A program made the translations under genes and the position numbers. A stretch of DNA of 64,000 nt from Octopus sinensis. Its lineage: Eukaryota. Shown piece by piece: positions 1 to 11,210 of the stretch. The DNA is taken from positions 25,606,001 to 25,670,000 of the forward strand of contig NC_042997.1 of assembly GCF_006345805.1 (NCBI RefSeq), read 5' to 3'. The notes under the pieces were generated by a model that was not told where the DNA came from, searched no databases, and saw nothing but the letters and a program-made list of their open reading frames with translations. Each line of letters starts with the position of its first letter. Position 1 is the stretch's first letter.

Positions 1-245
1 GAGATGCAGTGTGACACAAAGTGTAACAAGACTGGCCCTTTGAAATACAGGTACAACAGAAACAGGAAGAAAGAGTGAAAGTTTTGGTGAAAGAGTACAG
101 CAGGGTTAACCACCACTCCCTGTCGGAGCTTTAGATGTTTTCGCTCAATACACACTCACAATGCCGTCTGCGAATCGAAACCGCGATTCTAAGACCGCGA
201 TTCTAAGACCGCGAGTCCGCTGCCCTAACTACATGGCCATTGCGC

Positions 246-247
<2 letters not shown>
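1..247 (-). mobile_element. tRNA-derived SINE (family C), truncated at window edge
   Basis: Reverse complement begins GGCGCAATGGCC..GTTAGGGCAGCGGACTCGCGG..GTTTCGATTC (A/B-box-like head). The body matches the + strand copy at 24884-25160. Contains a 14-bp tandem duplication (accgcgattctaag). Confidence 0.8.
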
Positions 248-301
<54 letters not shown>

Positions 302-302
302 G

Positions 303-369
<67 letters not shown>

Positions 370-500
370 CTGTATGTATGTATGTATAATATATATATAT
401 GTATGTATGTATGTATGTATATATATATATATATATATTATATATATGTATATATGGACATCGATGTATGTTTATGTGTGTGTATGCATGTATGTATTTT
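246..500. repeat. Compound (CT)n/(TA)n/(TATG)n microsatellite
   Basis: Directly visible; explains the YI-repeat ORFs at 161-743. Confidence 0.95.
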
Positions 501-2040
501 ATTTTATTCTTTTTCTCTTTCCAAGTATCTTTTTTATATTCTCTGTCATTTATACTTTTTTCATTTCTTTTTTACACAATTCCAAGTTCAGGTTTTATTT
601 CTTTGTACTGCATTTTTGAGTATATTTATTATTCGCTCTCTTGTTTTCCTTCACTTCCAAACCTAAGCTTATGTTTTCTGTTGCTATTTAGATGTTTGCA
701 AATAATTTTGCATTTTTTGTTTCTTTTCGTTTCGTTCTTATAATTTCTTCGGTGCTGGCCATGTTTTCAAAATAAAAACAAAAAAATATATGGCAAAGAA
801 AAGTACAGAAACGAATCATTTCTCAGAAATTGCATTCCGTTCCACTTCTGCTGTCAGTATTTTCAAACCGATCAAAATCTGCGACATGTGGAACGCTACT
901 CGCTGAAGAGAATAATTCTTTCTATCCTTCAGCAGCGATACGCCATCATGGCGACAATGATACCATTGACGTTGCAAGGCTTGATTGCATCCAGGGCGAC
1001 TACAAAATCAACAACACCATCGAAAAAAAAAAACAGCAGAAAATAAACTTTATCATACGCGATAGAATTAAAATAGACAAAACACGATCCGAACTTGATG
1101 ATATTTCTTGCAACTACGTCTTGTCTTGTACAATCTCCACCTCCGCCCCCCACCAATGTAAAAAAAATGAAAAGAATAGAATAAAATGAGAAGCAAAAGA
1201 AAACATCATATAAGCATTTCAATGCAAATCCTTGATAAAATACAGTCAGAATTTTTATTATTGTTTCGTAGGTATTTTCATATTATTTACATTTTTTTTT
1301 ATATCGACATTGTCCATCCTTCTTTCACCAAACTCTGATTACTTAACGCATCTTAAAATCTAATTCAAAAGTAGAGACGTATTAAAGTCTAAATATGATT
1401 ATGCTCTGCATTCTAAAGTTACTGTTGTTTTTTATTAACCGAAAATATATGAATCGGATGACCACTTTTTGGCTGAAAAGTATCTTCACTCATTTTGTAA
1501 GAACTTCATTTGTTTAATTAAATTTTACAGATTTCTTTGTGACTTTACTTCCTTTTTTTGTTTTACTTCTGATTTTCTCGGAGACTTAAGATTAGTAAAA
1601 TATATAATCTGATGTAAATAATAATTTGAAAAGGAGAATAGTTAGAACGTATTCTGTATGTGTGGCAACAAAAGCTAACTTTATTTTGCATTGAAGGTGT
1701 TTCAAGGGAAAGAAAATCTGACGAGAATTATTTCAAAGCAGTTTGGGATTTCTTCAATAAAGCGTGACTGTTGAAGAAGAAAGAAAAAAGATTAGGGAAT
1801 AACCTCAAGAGAAAGTAATGAATTTGAGGAATATTGCAATGCAATTACCAAATACATTGTGGAAAAGCGTATTTTTACTATTCCACATGGTACATAGATT
1901 TGTTAAACACTTTCAGAATAAAGAAACAAATGACTTTCAGCATAAAGCATAATATTTATTTCTAATTGAAAAAAAAAACTGCAAGTAAGCAAATTATAAG
2001 ATCATCAAATCTTTCAGTAATGTTTTATTTTGTCCTGTAT

Positions 2041-2460
2041 TTCTTTATTCTTTTCAGTCATTAAACGGCGGCCATGCTGTGGCAACGACTTGAAGAATTT
2101 TTAGTCGAACGAAACGATTCCAGTACCTTATTTTCTTTGGTCTGATAGGCATTTTGCCGAACCTCTAAGTTATGGGGATGAAAGCACACTGACACTGGTT
2201 ATCCAGCGATGAAGAGGGACAAGGATATATACAAGCACACACACACATACATACACACACACTCATGCACACACGTACGCACGCACGCACGCGCATGCAA
2301 GCACACATATACGACGGACATTTTCAGTTTCCGTCTACCAAATCCACTCACAAGGTTTTGATCGGCGCAAGGATATAGTAGAAGGCACTTAAACAAGGTG
2401 CCACACAGTGGGACTGAATCGGTAACCATGTGGTTGGGAAGCAAGCTTCTTATCACAGAT
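2041..2460 (-). mobile_element. tRNA-derived SINE (family A), diverged, with internal CA/CGCA microsatellite
   Basis: Shares head (ccatgtggttgg), central block (ccaaatccactcacaagg) and tail (cagtcat..gcggccatgctg) with other family A copies. Confidence 0.85.
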
Positions 2461-2528
2461 CCGTTTGCAGAACTGAAAATAAATGTTTACTTATCAGATA
2501 TTCAGTAAATTCTTTAAAATATTGTTAC

Positions 2529-2652
2529 CTTGCTTTAAGCATTTTATTTCAGGACTTATATTAAGAAGAAAAGGGATTTTAAGGTACACTTGAAGTTCAT
2601 TGAGAAATATGGGACGGTTTATAATTAAAACTGCTTCATCATCCATAACTTT
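2529..2652 (-). CDS. Candidate internal coding exon (unidentified product)
   Basis: On the minus strand: ttgcag|AAAGTT...AAGCAAG|gtaaca. Open frame KVMDDEAVLIINRPIFLNELQVYLKIPFLLNISPEIKCLKQ. Polypyrimidine tract is weak and I recognise no homology. Confidence 0.25.
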
Positions 2653-2732
2653 CTGCAATGTGTGCGTATATGTATATATGTAGGTATGTATACATGTTTG
2701 CATGTATTCATGCATGTACATGTGTGTGTGTA

Positions 2733-2766
<34 letters not shown>

Positions 2767-3051
2767 AGAGAGAGAGTTTATGTGTATTCTTGTATTCTTC
2801 TACTTACTTCAGTCATTTCACTGCTGCCACGCTGGAGCACGTCTATATTTTCTGTAAAAAAATTTGGATATCTCGTCAATGGAAATGTAGAGAATATGTG
2901 AAAACTTTATATATATACTTGCATCTAAGCAAAATATTTTTGAGATAACGAATTACAGGATGAATATATACGATGTTTAAATATAATAATTACTTCAAAA
3001 TATTATCATTTTCTTCAAACAAATTATCATATAGCTTACTTTATTTTTCAG

Positions 3052-3181
3052 GAAGTAAGATACAGTGTAATCAATTAACCTAACATCAGTGAATATTTTG
3101 TTTCTTAACGAGTGTAAGAAATTGGAAATTTGACATCAGCATCACTTGAAGAAGAAGCTAAGAAGTTCAAAATTATTCGCT
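3052..3181 (+). other. Candidate non-coding (5'UTR-type) exon
   Basis: ttatttttcag|GAAG...ATTCGCT|gtaagt; strong acceptor and donor, but stops in all three frames. Confidence 0.3.
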
Positions 3182-5236
3182 GTAAGTGATGTAGTTCGAT
3201 GGATTAGAGCATTCCTATCAGATATTCTTTGTGTGAATCAGAAAACACGGCTATATTTATTAGTTTCAAGAAGCATGAAGTGTTTTATTCCGTATTGAAA
3301 TTTATCATACATAGCTATGGAATGTATACAATATATTCTGCAATATACTACACTTCAGTCTCTGCAAACTGTACTATATTTCATTTACCCTTAGAGACGA
3401 TTATTCAAATCTTTACGAACCAATTGTAATAATAATTTGCATTGAAAATTTCCGAGCTGAATGAATGCAATGTTGTATTCCAATATAACAAATACTTTAG
3501 CAAACATATATGCGAATCTGATAATCGTTACTAAAATACTTAAGAAAAATGTTACACACAGTGATGAACGTATATTCAGAATAAAGACAAAATATATTTC
3601 GACTTTATATTTTTCTCCACTTCAGAAAGTTATCTTCTACATTGAAATTTCTGTTAAAAATATAAACTAAATTACTTGTTTCCAACAAAGAATTCCATAC
3701 TATGTGATCTTATTCAAAATACTCATGTAGAATTTAAGCTGAAACTAAGAGACAAGCTACATACAGAATTGGTTTTCTCAATGCATCAATGTATTTGTGG
3801 TAATTATATTTCATAGTACACAATATTCAGAAACACACTTAATGACACTCTCAGAATAATAGTTGCTCATTGTACAATAAGAGAAAATAAAACTTTTGTA
3901 AATGTGTCAGCATTAGAGCTTTCAATTCAACGTCTCAATTTTCTGGTGCGATATCATAAACAATTAACAACTAAAGACACTGCTATATTATCATTATTAA
4001 GTGAATACATTTTCCAGTCTAGAATCTCCCTGTTAGAGTTAATAAGTTAAGATAGAAGTTTGTTTTATACACAGTTTTAGCAAATATGAGCAAAAGTTCG
4101 TTGTCAAATTTTGTTTAGCATATTGTACTGAATCAGAAAATCGACTTGGTGTAAGATATTTCACTTAACTTAATATTATCAATTTTAATGGATGGAGCAT
4201 TTAAATTGATAATTAGTAATACATATACAGAGAAGATAAGATACTTGCCAATAATCAATATTGATTTTATTTCTCTCACCAATAATTGAGAAATCTCTCT
4301 CCAGAAATTATTGTTCTCAAAGCAAGGAATAACCTTTACTGAACTGGCAGACATGTTATGATGGAAGCTTACGGAAAATTTTACAAAATTGTACTTTTGC
4401 TGGCGTAATAGAATACAATTTTTGCGAAACTATATAATTCAAACTCCGATTAAAAGAAACCAATACTCAAGTTAGTAACAAAATATACAAAACATTGATA
4501 CATAAGTTTCAATTAAATGCTACACACTAAATAGTCCGTGAAATATACTATAGGGTATACATTATTTTCTGGCTGTTCTGTATTTGGAACAACACTTATC
4601 GATGAGTTAGGAACAGAATACTAAAACATAAGTAAAGATCTGTCAAAGAAAGCAAGTAAGATTTCCTTCACAAAACAACAAGTGTGTCAGCATTAGAGCT
4701 TTTAATTCAAAGTCTCAATTTTTTGCCGCAACATCATGATAAATTAACAACAAAAGACAGTAGTATAGCATCATTATTAAGTGAAGACTAATCCCAGGCT
4801 GTCTGTAAATAAAACTAGTTTATCAAAGTTACTATGTTAACAGAGAAGTTTTTTACATACATTTTCAATCCCAAGCTATTCAGGACCAGGTATTGAACTG
4901 CTTGGGCTCAGAACTATTTACTATTTTGCCAAAATACTAAGGAGTGTAACGGGAAGGTTTACGATAATAAGGAGTGTACATGGAGTGTGAAGTAGAAGTT
5001 TTCAGGAAACAATTTCAATTCCTGCTGTTCAAGATCCCAGATGAACCTGCATCACGATAAGAAATTCAAAAGAGGGAACCAATGTCGAATTCCTTCCTTC
5101 ACCATAGGCCAATCACATAACAAGGGATATTGAAAACGTGCCCCAGCATGCCCATATATTTTGGGATGAAACGCATAACAGAATATATATATATAAGTGC
5201 GTGCGTGTGTGTGTGTGTATTTCGTTTTTGTATTTA

Positions 5237-6592
5237 TCGGGTCATCCCATAACTTTTGTCGGAATTTTGAATAAAGAAAACAAGTGATCAAATGTTATAT
5301 TTAATCGAAATTTAATCATCAAAATGCTTTCCCTGATTATCTATGACTTCCTTCCATCTACTTCCAAGCGTTTTAATCCCATCAATGTAAATCTCTTTTG
5401 GTTTCAAAGTGAAGAACTCTGAAATGTCAGTTTCGACCTCCTCCTGGCTTGCGAAAGTTATGTCCCCTAAACGATTCTGTAAACTACAAAACAAATGGTA
5501 GTCTGAAAGAGCAAGGTCGGGAGAATAATGTGAAGTGATCTTTGCAGTGTGGGGTCGCGCATTGTCCTAATGAAACTTCACTCCTTTTCGATTCACTAAA
5601 GCGGGTCTTTTTTCTCCAAAGTTTGGTTCAAAGGCTCTAATTGCTGAGAGTAGACTTGAGTATTGATTGTTGCATCAGGTGGTAACAATTCAAAGTGAAT
5701 TACTCCGTTGCAATCCCACCAGATAAAGAGAAGAATCTTTTTCCCATGAAGTTCCCTTCTCGGTTGTAGTTGAGCTTTTTCCCTTTTACCAAGTCACTGT
5801 TTACGACGTTAAACATTTCGATAGAAAATCCATTTTTCGTCACCAGTCACAAGTCTATCAAAAAAGAGTGAAACGAGTTCACGAGAATAGAGAGAATAGT
5901 AGATGTTAACTCGAGATTTGCATTTGCTTTCGGACAATTCATGAGGCACCCATTTTCCAAGTTTAGAAACCATTCCAAGTTGTTGAAGATGACGATGAAC
6001 AGTTTGTTTGAACTAAGCTTTATTGCCAATTCTTCAACTAATAATGCAGGATTTTCCTCAAGTAATGCCTCTAGGAGCTTATCATCAAACTCAACTGGAC
6101 GTCCTGTTCGACCTTCATCTTCAAGGCTGAAATCTCGACTTCTGAATTTTGCAAACCATCTTCTGCAAGTTCTTTCGTCCAAGCATACTTTCCCATAAAC
6201 TGAGTGTATATTTCGAGTCACTTCGTCAGCAGAGTTTCCTTTTTGTGCTCATAAAGCATTTTGTGACTCAAATGCTCTCTGGATTCTTACAGGTTACAAA
6301 GGTTTTTAATCAAAGAAATTTTAATTTTATTATTCTGTAAAATAATATTTAATTAGTTTAGATACTCTTTACTCTTTTATTGCGGCCATGCTGGAGCACC
6401 GCCTTTAGTCGAGCAACTCGACCCTGGGACTTATTCTTTTTGTAAGCCCAGTACTTATTCTATCGGTCTCATTTTGCCGTCACAAATTCATAAAAATAAT
6501 TTTTTATTCCATTAGACATTCAAAAATATTACTAGATTTCATTCAATTTTTAAAAAATAGTAAAATCGGACGGAAATTATGGGATGACCTAA
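5237..6592 (-). mobile_element. Mariner (Tc1/mariner) element, near full length, transposase pseudogene
   Basis: Imperfect TIRs (tcgggtcatcccataac.. / ..attatgggatgacctaa) with TA at the left end. Minus-strand peptides ERTCRRWFAKFRSRDFSLEDEGRTGRP, WVPHEL and SDYHLFCSLQNRL..RWKEVIDNQGKHFDD, interrupted by stops and frameshifts. Confidence 0.92.
6362..6480 (-). mobile_element. Family A SINE 3' fragment inside mariner
   Basis: tactctttactc..gcggccatgctggagcaccgcctttagtcgagc matches the family A tail. Confidence 0.85.
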
Positions 6593-6650
6593 GCGTTTGC
6601 ACGATTCTTTTTGTGAATTCGTGTGTTGAAGCATATTTTATTGTTTCTGG

Positions 6651-6903
6651 GGAGAGTAATTCTCTTTTAGTGTATTATTATTTAATATAATCACCGATTT
6701 GATTTCCATTTATTTACTTATAAATTTTCCAAAATATTTCGTTGCGTTTTGCAACTTTTTCAATACTCGTTGACTGTCAATGACTCTTGAAAAGTTTACA
6801 AGACGCAACGAAGATTTTTGACAAAAAAAAAACTGAGTAAATGAGTGGAAATAGAACCTGTGAGTGTGTTAAATAATAAGCCTCTAAAAGAGAATTACTC
6901 TTC
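6651..6903. mobile_element. Foldback/MITE-like long imperfect palindrome
   Basis: Left arm gagagtaattctcttttag...ttcgttgcgttttgcaactttttcaa pairs with right arm ttgaaaagtttacaagacgcaacgaa...ctaaaagagaattactc. Arms about 115 bp, spacer about 23 bp. Confidence 0.75.
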
Positions 6904-6930
6904 ACAGACGCAATAAAATACATACGTAAA

Positions 6931-6972
<42 letters not shown>

Positions 6973-6989
6973 CATACATACATATATAT

Positions 6990-7205
6990 ATACACACACG
7001 CATATATATGTATACACACACACACACACATATATATATACACGACGGGCTTCTTTCCGATTCTGTCTACCAAATCCACTCACAAGGTTTTGGTAGTCCC
7101 GAGGTTTTAGTAGAAGAAACTTGCCCAGTTGGCACACAGTGGGAGCGAACCTGGAACAATGTGGTTGGTTAGCAAGCTACTTACCACGCAGCCACACCTG
7201 CGCCT
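6990..7205 (-). mobile_element. Family A SINE 5' half
   Basis: cgacgggcttctttc..ccaaatccactcacaagg..atgtggttggttagcaagctacttaccac..gccacacctgcgcc. Confidence 0.85.
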
Positions 7206-7216
7206 ATATATATATA

Positions 7217-7248
<32 letters not shown>

Positions 7249-7264
7249 GAAGTACTTTTCTATA

Positions 7265-7492
7265 TCCCTGGAGAAGGACACCATGCTCGGAATGGTCAGT
7301 GGCAAGAGAGGAATAGAACGACCAAGAACCAGCGGGCTTGACACCATCAAGAGTGATACCGGAATGGACATAGCCAATCTGAAAGAAGAGGCCCAGGATA
7401 GAAATGACTAGAGGACAATGATCCAACGAGTAACCAAGAGTCGACTTCGACTTTGCGGATAGATAGATAGATTTCTATATGGCAGGACGAAA
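7265..7492 (+). mobile_element. RTE-clade (BovB-like) LINE 3' fragment
   Basis: SLEKDTMLGMVSGKRGIERPRT...AQDRND*RTMIQRVTKSRLRL resembles the RTE/BovB C-terminus (SLEKTLMLGKIEG..VAKSRTRL, recalled from memory). Followed by a (GATA)n tail. Confidence 0.75.
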
Positions 7493-8343
7493 TGCCTTTG
7501 GTCTTCATAATTTTAGATTCAGGATGTATAGTAGATAATTTTGAGCATTTCAAACAGTGAGAGTTTACAAAATGTTCGTAGGCGGCAGAGGTTAGAAGCA
7601 TATAAACTATAAAATACCAAAAACAAAAAAAAAAAAAAAAAAAAAAAATTCAAACAAGAAATACTACCCTGAAAAGAGCAACTTCCATGTTCTGATCTTG
7701 AAAACCTGCAAATGCCATGGTCACCCTGTCAATTAGAGGAGACATCCTGTCCGTATACTCCTACCTCAGTCTACAGGTGCATAGCCAGAGCAAGCGCTTT
7801 CACTTGCACCATCCTTGCCACTGACATCTACATAAGAAATGCAACAGCAATATCAAATATTATGATGAGTATGATGATCTTATTTTCCTTTCATTTGCCG
7901 CGGGGACATCTAAATCATAACATCACCACCGCCAACAAGTACATCAATAATAAGAACAAACAATAATAAATAATAACAATTACTATTATTATTGTTATTA
8001 TTATCATTATTTTATAATACACAGGAGCAAGTAAATAACGACACCATCATCACCACCACGGTCGAAAACAACAGCAGAAGCAATAACAACAACAATATTA
8101 ATGATAATAGTCTTTCATTTGCGTCTGTAAACAGTTGGAGGTATTAAAATATTTCTACTTCGGCTTCGCAAACAATTTCACTATTATTTATTAGGTGAGA
8201 CTCGCTTTCGGAAAAACATTCATTAATGCAGATGCACGTAGCATTCATTATAACATCCTTTCTCTCTTTCATTTTGTCCTTTATATTTATCTTCGCAGTT
8301 TCCGTGTTTCTTTCACGATTTGCCAAATTTTCACGATGTGTAC

Positions 8344-8349
<6 letters not shown>

Positions 8350-8384
<35 letters not shown>

Positions 8385-8414
8385 TGTATGTACGGTAATG
8401 TATATATGTATATA

Positions 8415-8470
<56 letters not shown>

Positions 8471-8528
8471 ATATATATAGATACATACATATATATATAT
8501 GTATCTATCTATCTATATATATATATAG

Positions 8529-8596
<68 letters not shown>

Positions 8597-8600
8597 TTGT
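8350..8600. repeat. (TA)n-rich microsatellite block
   Basis: Directly visible. Confidence 0.95.
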
Positions 8601-8748
8601 TGAAATGGAAAGATGAATTTTCTTGTTACAGATTATTCAAAAGTTTAACCGATACCTGGGTAGCAAAAATCACAGCAGAAAAAAACACGGTTGGAGATAA
8701 GACCATTTGGTATTGCAACCGTGCGTTGGTGCGGATAAGTGAAGTTTA

Positions 8749-8908
8749 ATATAATTAGTGAATGGAAGAAATGGAGTTGAACGAAGATTGTACAGAATTC
8801 CTTTTATTACATTCTACACATGTTGTGGCCTTTGAAACATGTGTAGAATGTAATAAAAGGAATTCTGTACAATCTTCGTTCAACTCCATTTCTTCCATTC
8901 ACTAATTA

Positions 8909-8911
<3 letters not shown>
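8749..8911. repeat. Perfect inverted repeat: 76-bp arms, 11-nt spacer
   Basis: 8749-8824 is the exact reverse complement of 8836-8911 (checked base by base); spacer gtggcctttga. Confidence 0.95.
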
Positions 8912-8946
<35 letters not shown>

Positions 8947-9059
8947 TACGAGTGTATGTACGTATATGTATATATATATGTGCATACAAGATATATTATT
9001 TATAACAATTTGATTCAGTCCCGTGCAACTTAATGCTTCAGAGATCTCGTACAGAAACT

Positions 9060-9120
9060 GTATTGACCCGTCATCACACGCTGATGACGGGTCAATACCC
9101 ACAAGATCGCGTCCGTGGTG
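9060..9120 (+). other. Degenerate hammerhead-like motif overlapping a perfect 17-bp hairpin
   Basis: CACG-CTGATGA-C-GGGT(CAAT)ACCC-ACAA-GATCGC-GTC-CGTG. The GAAA core is altered to ACAA. 9060-9076 and 9082-9098 are exact reverse complements. Confidence 0.45.
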
Positions 9121-9288
9121 TATCACGTCAGGTTGGAGATAGGAAGGATGGCTTCCCTTTCCAAATACTGATAGGGCACAGAAAGTGTATCAACAGCAAC
9201 CTAGAGGAGGTGTCTTCCTGGGGCTGCAAGCTACAGTAGCATCAACCCTAAATGGTTAGCCACATTTAAGTGGCAAATATTCTTCACG

Positions 9289-9329
<41 letters not shown>

Positions 9330-9406
9330 CCAGCATGGCCACAGCTCGTGAGCTGAAACTAGAAAAAATAAAATTAAATAAATAAAAATATGTATGTATA
9401 TATGTA

Positions 9407-9522
<116 letters not shown>

Positions 9523-10280
9523 GCCATCATGGCCTAGAGGTTAGGTCGTTACACGCATTTCCGATCACTATTTAGTAGTTTCGATTCAAGGATCACGTGG
9601 CGCATTGTGTTCTTGGGTTTGGGGGTGCACATTTGATTTCACTTTGCTCTGTGGCCATTTTGATTTGATGGAGAGTGTAAGTTAATGTACGGTGCCATCA
9701 TTTGATCACTATAAACATTTGTGCATTCCGTTCAGTACACGAGTTATATATCCCACCTATATATATATATATTATATATATATATATATATATAATATAT
9801 ATATATATAAACATATTCGCACACACACACACACATACATAAATATATATCTATATGCACCCCGACATCTACACATATATTTATATAGTCTACTGTTTTT
9901 TTATATTTCAAATCTTTTTGTATTTTTATCCATTTCAGTCATCTTCATATTTAATTATACTGTCTTAATATTCAGAGTTCAAAATTCTGCCTTTCATCCC
10001 TTTCAGAGTCGATGCAATAAGGTACCAGTTGAGCATTGAGGTCGATGGAATATACTTATCTCCTCCCAATAGATTACAAACCTTGTGTCAAAATCTGAAA
10101 CCAATATATCTGCGGTAAACATGAACTCATTTCATGGCGTTTTATGCTTAATGAGCTCTATACTACAATGCTTAATACGAAACGTTCTTTCGCACGTAAA
10201 CTCAGACACATACACACAAATGCAGGCTCATATTCATGTATTTCCTAATTTGTTTCAAGTTATTTCTATTGTATAATGAA

Positions 10281-10678
10281 CTAGCAGTATCGCCCGGCGT
10301 TGCTCGGGTTTGTAAGGGAAATAACTAAATAAGCATTTTTAGAGATGTAAAGTATAATAGCCATCTCAATATGGCTAACCACAAAGTGGGGGTATTACTG
10401 TAGCTTTTTACGTTCTGAGATTTAATAATACATTTTTAGAGAGTTACTTCCCTTATATAATAGCAAAAAAATGCATTAAAAAATGGGAAAAAATGATGGT
10501 AATTTTTTTTTTTAAATCGTAGACTCATCGTAGACGCGCGTTAATACCCAGAAGGGCTCGATATGAATCACGACTATAAGATACCCGCTTTTGGTTACAC
10601 TGCACCGCAAAATGTGGGAGTAGTTAGGAATCTAAATCGTAGGAGACAGACACACAACTTCACTTTTATATATAAAGA
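10281..10678 (-). mobile_element. Non-autonomous Helitron-type element
   Basis: Minus strand starts A|TCTTTATATATAAAAG and ends with hairpin cccgagcaacgccggg, 8 nt, then CTAG|T. These are the canonical Helitron 5'-TC / 3'-hairpin-CTRR termini in an AT target. Confidence 0.8.
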
Positions 10679-10982
10679 TATATTGTCCAAACTATTATTA
10701 TTTTCCTTACTTCAGTTCAGTTGGTAAATGCTGTCTTTAAGAAACGAAATCGCTTTAGTTTTCGCCGTTTTATTTCACTGAGTCTTTCACCCTTTTATCA
10801 GCATCTTAGTCACCACTACTACGACGATCACTGCCACTACCACCCTCGCCAACTCCTTCCTAACTATCACCACTACTATTAAGATCATTATTACTGTATT
10901 CATCCTATTTACTTTATTTATAATATTTCACTCTTACTCTTTCTCTTCCTTTCTTACCACTAATACCACAGATAGTCCCACC

Positions 10983-10984
<2 letters not shown>

Positions 10985-11040
<56 letters not shown>
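10985..11040. repeat. (CTA)n microsatellite
   Basis: Directly visible. Confidence 0.95.
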
Positions 11041-11146
11041 TCGTCATTGCCATCATTTGTTTTCCTTTTGTTTTGCCTTAGGTGGTATTTTTTTTAATGT
11101 TTCATGAGAGACTTTTCCTGAAATCGCGCTTTTGTTTATTTTTCAG

Positions 11147-11210
11147 AATCAACTGCGGTTACGAAGAAGTGTTTACCGATGCGAGGCACGTGCCAGATGA
11201 ATATGGATGG
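11147..11210 (+). CDS. Candidate exon, possibly containing the start codon (ATG 11179) of a + strand gene
   Basis: tttgtttatttttcag|AATC...GGATGG|gtatgt. Two frames are open; the frame STAVTKKCLPMRGTCQMNMDG splices in phase to 20118. Confidence 0.45.

Noticed and set aside
161-743. ORFs of 114-152 aa
   Set aside because: Read-through of TA/TATG microsatellite (YI/CMYV repeats).
830-1222. Overlapping 119-aa (+) and 97-aa (-) ORFs
   Set aside because: No recognisable domain or splice-consistent structure; kept only as a possible promoter/UTR region.
8631-8709. Possible + strand exon (ttgttacag|...TTTG|gtattg)
   Set aside because: Its only open frame creates TGA when joined to 11147, and the donor is weak.
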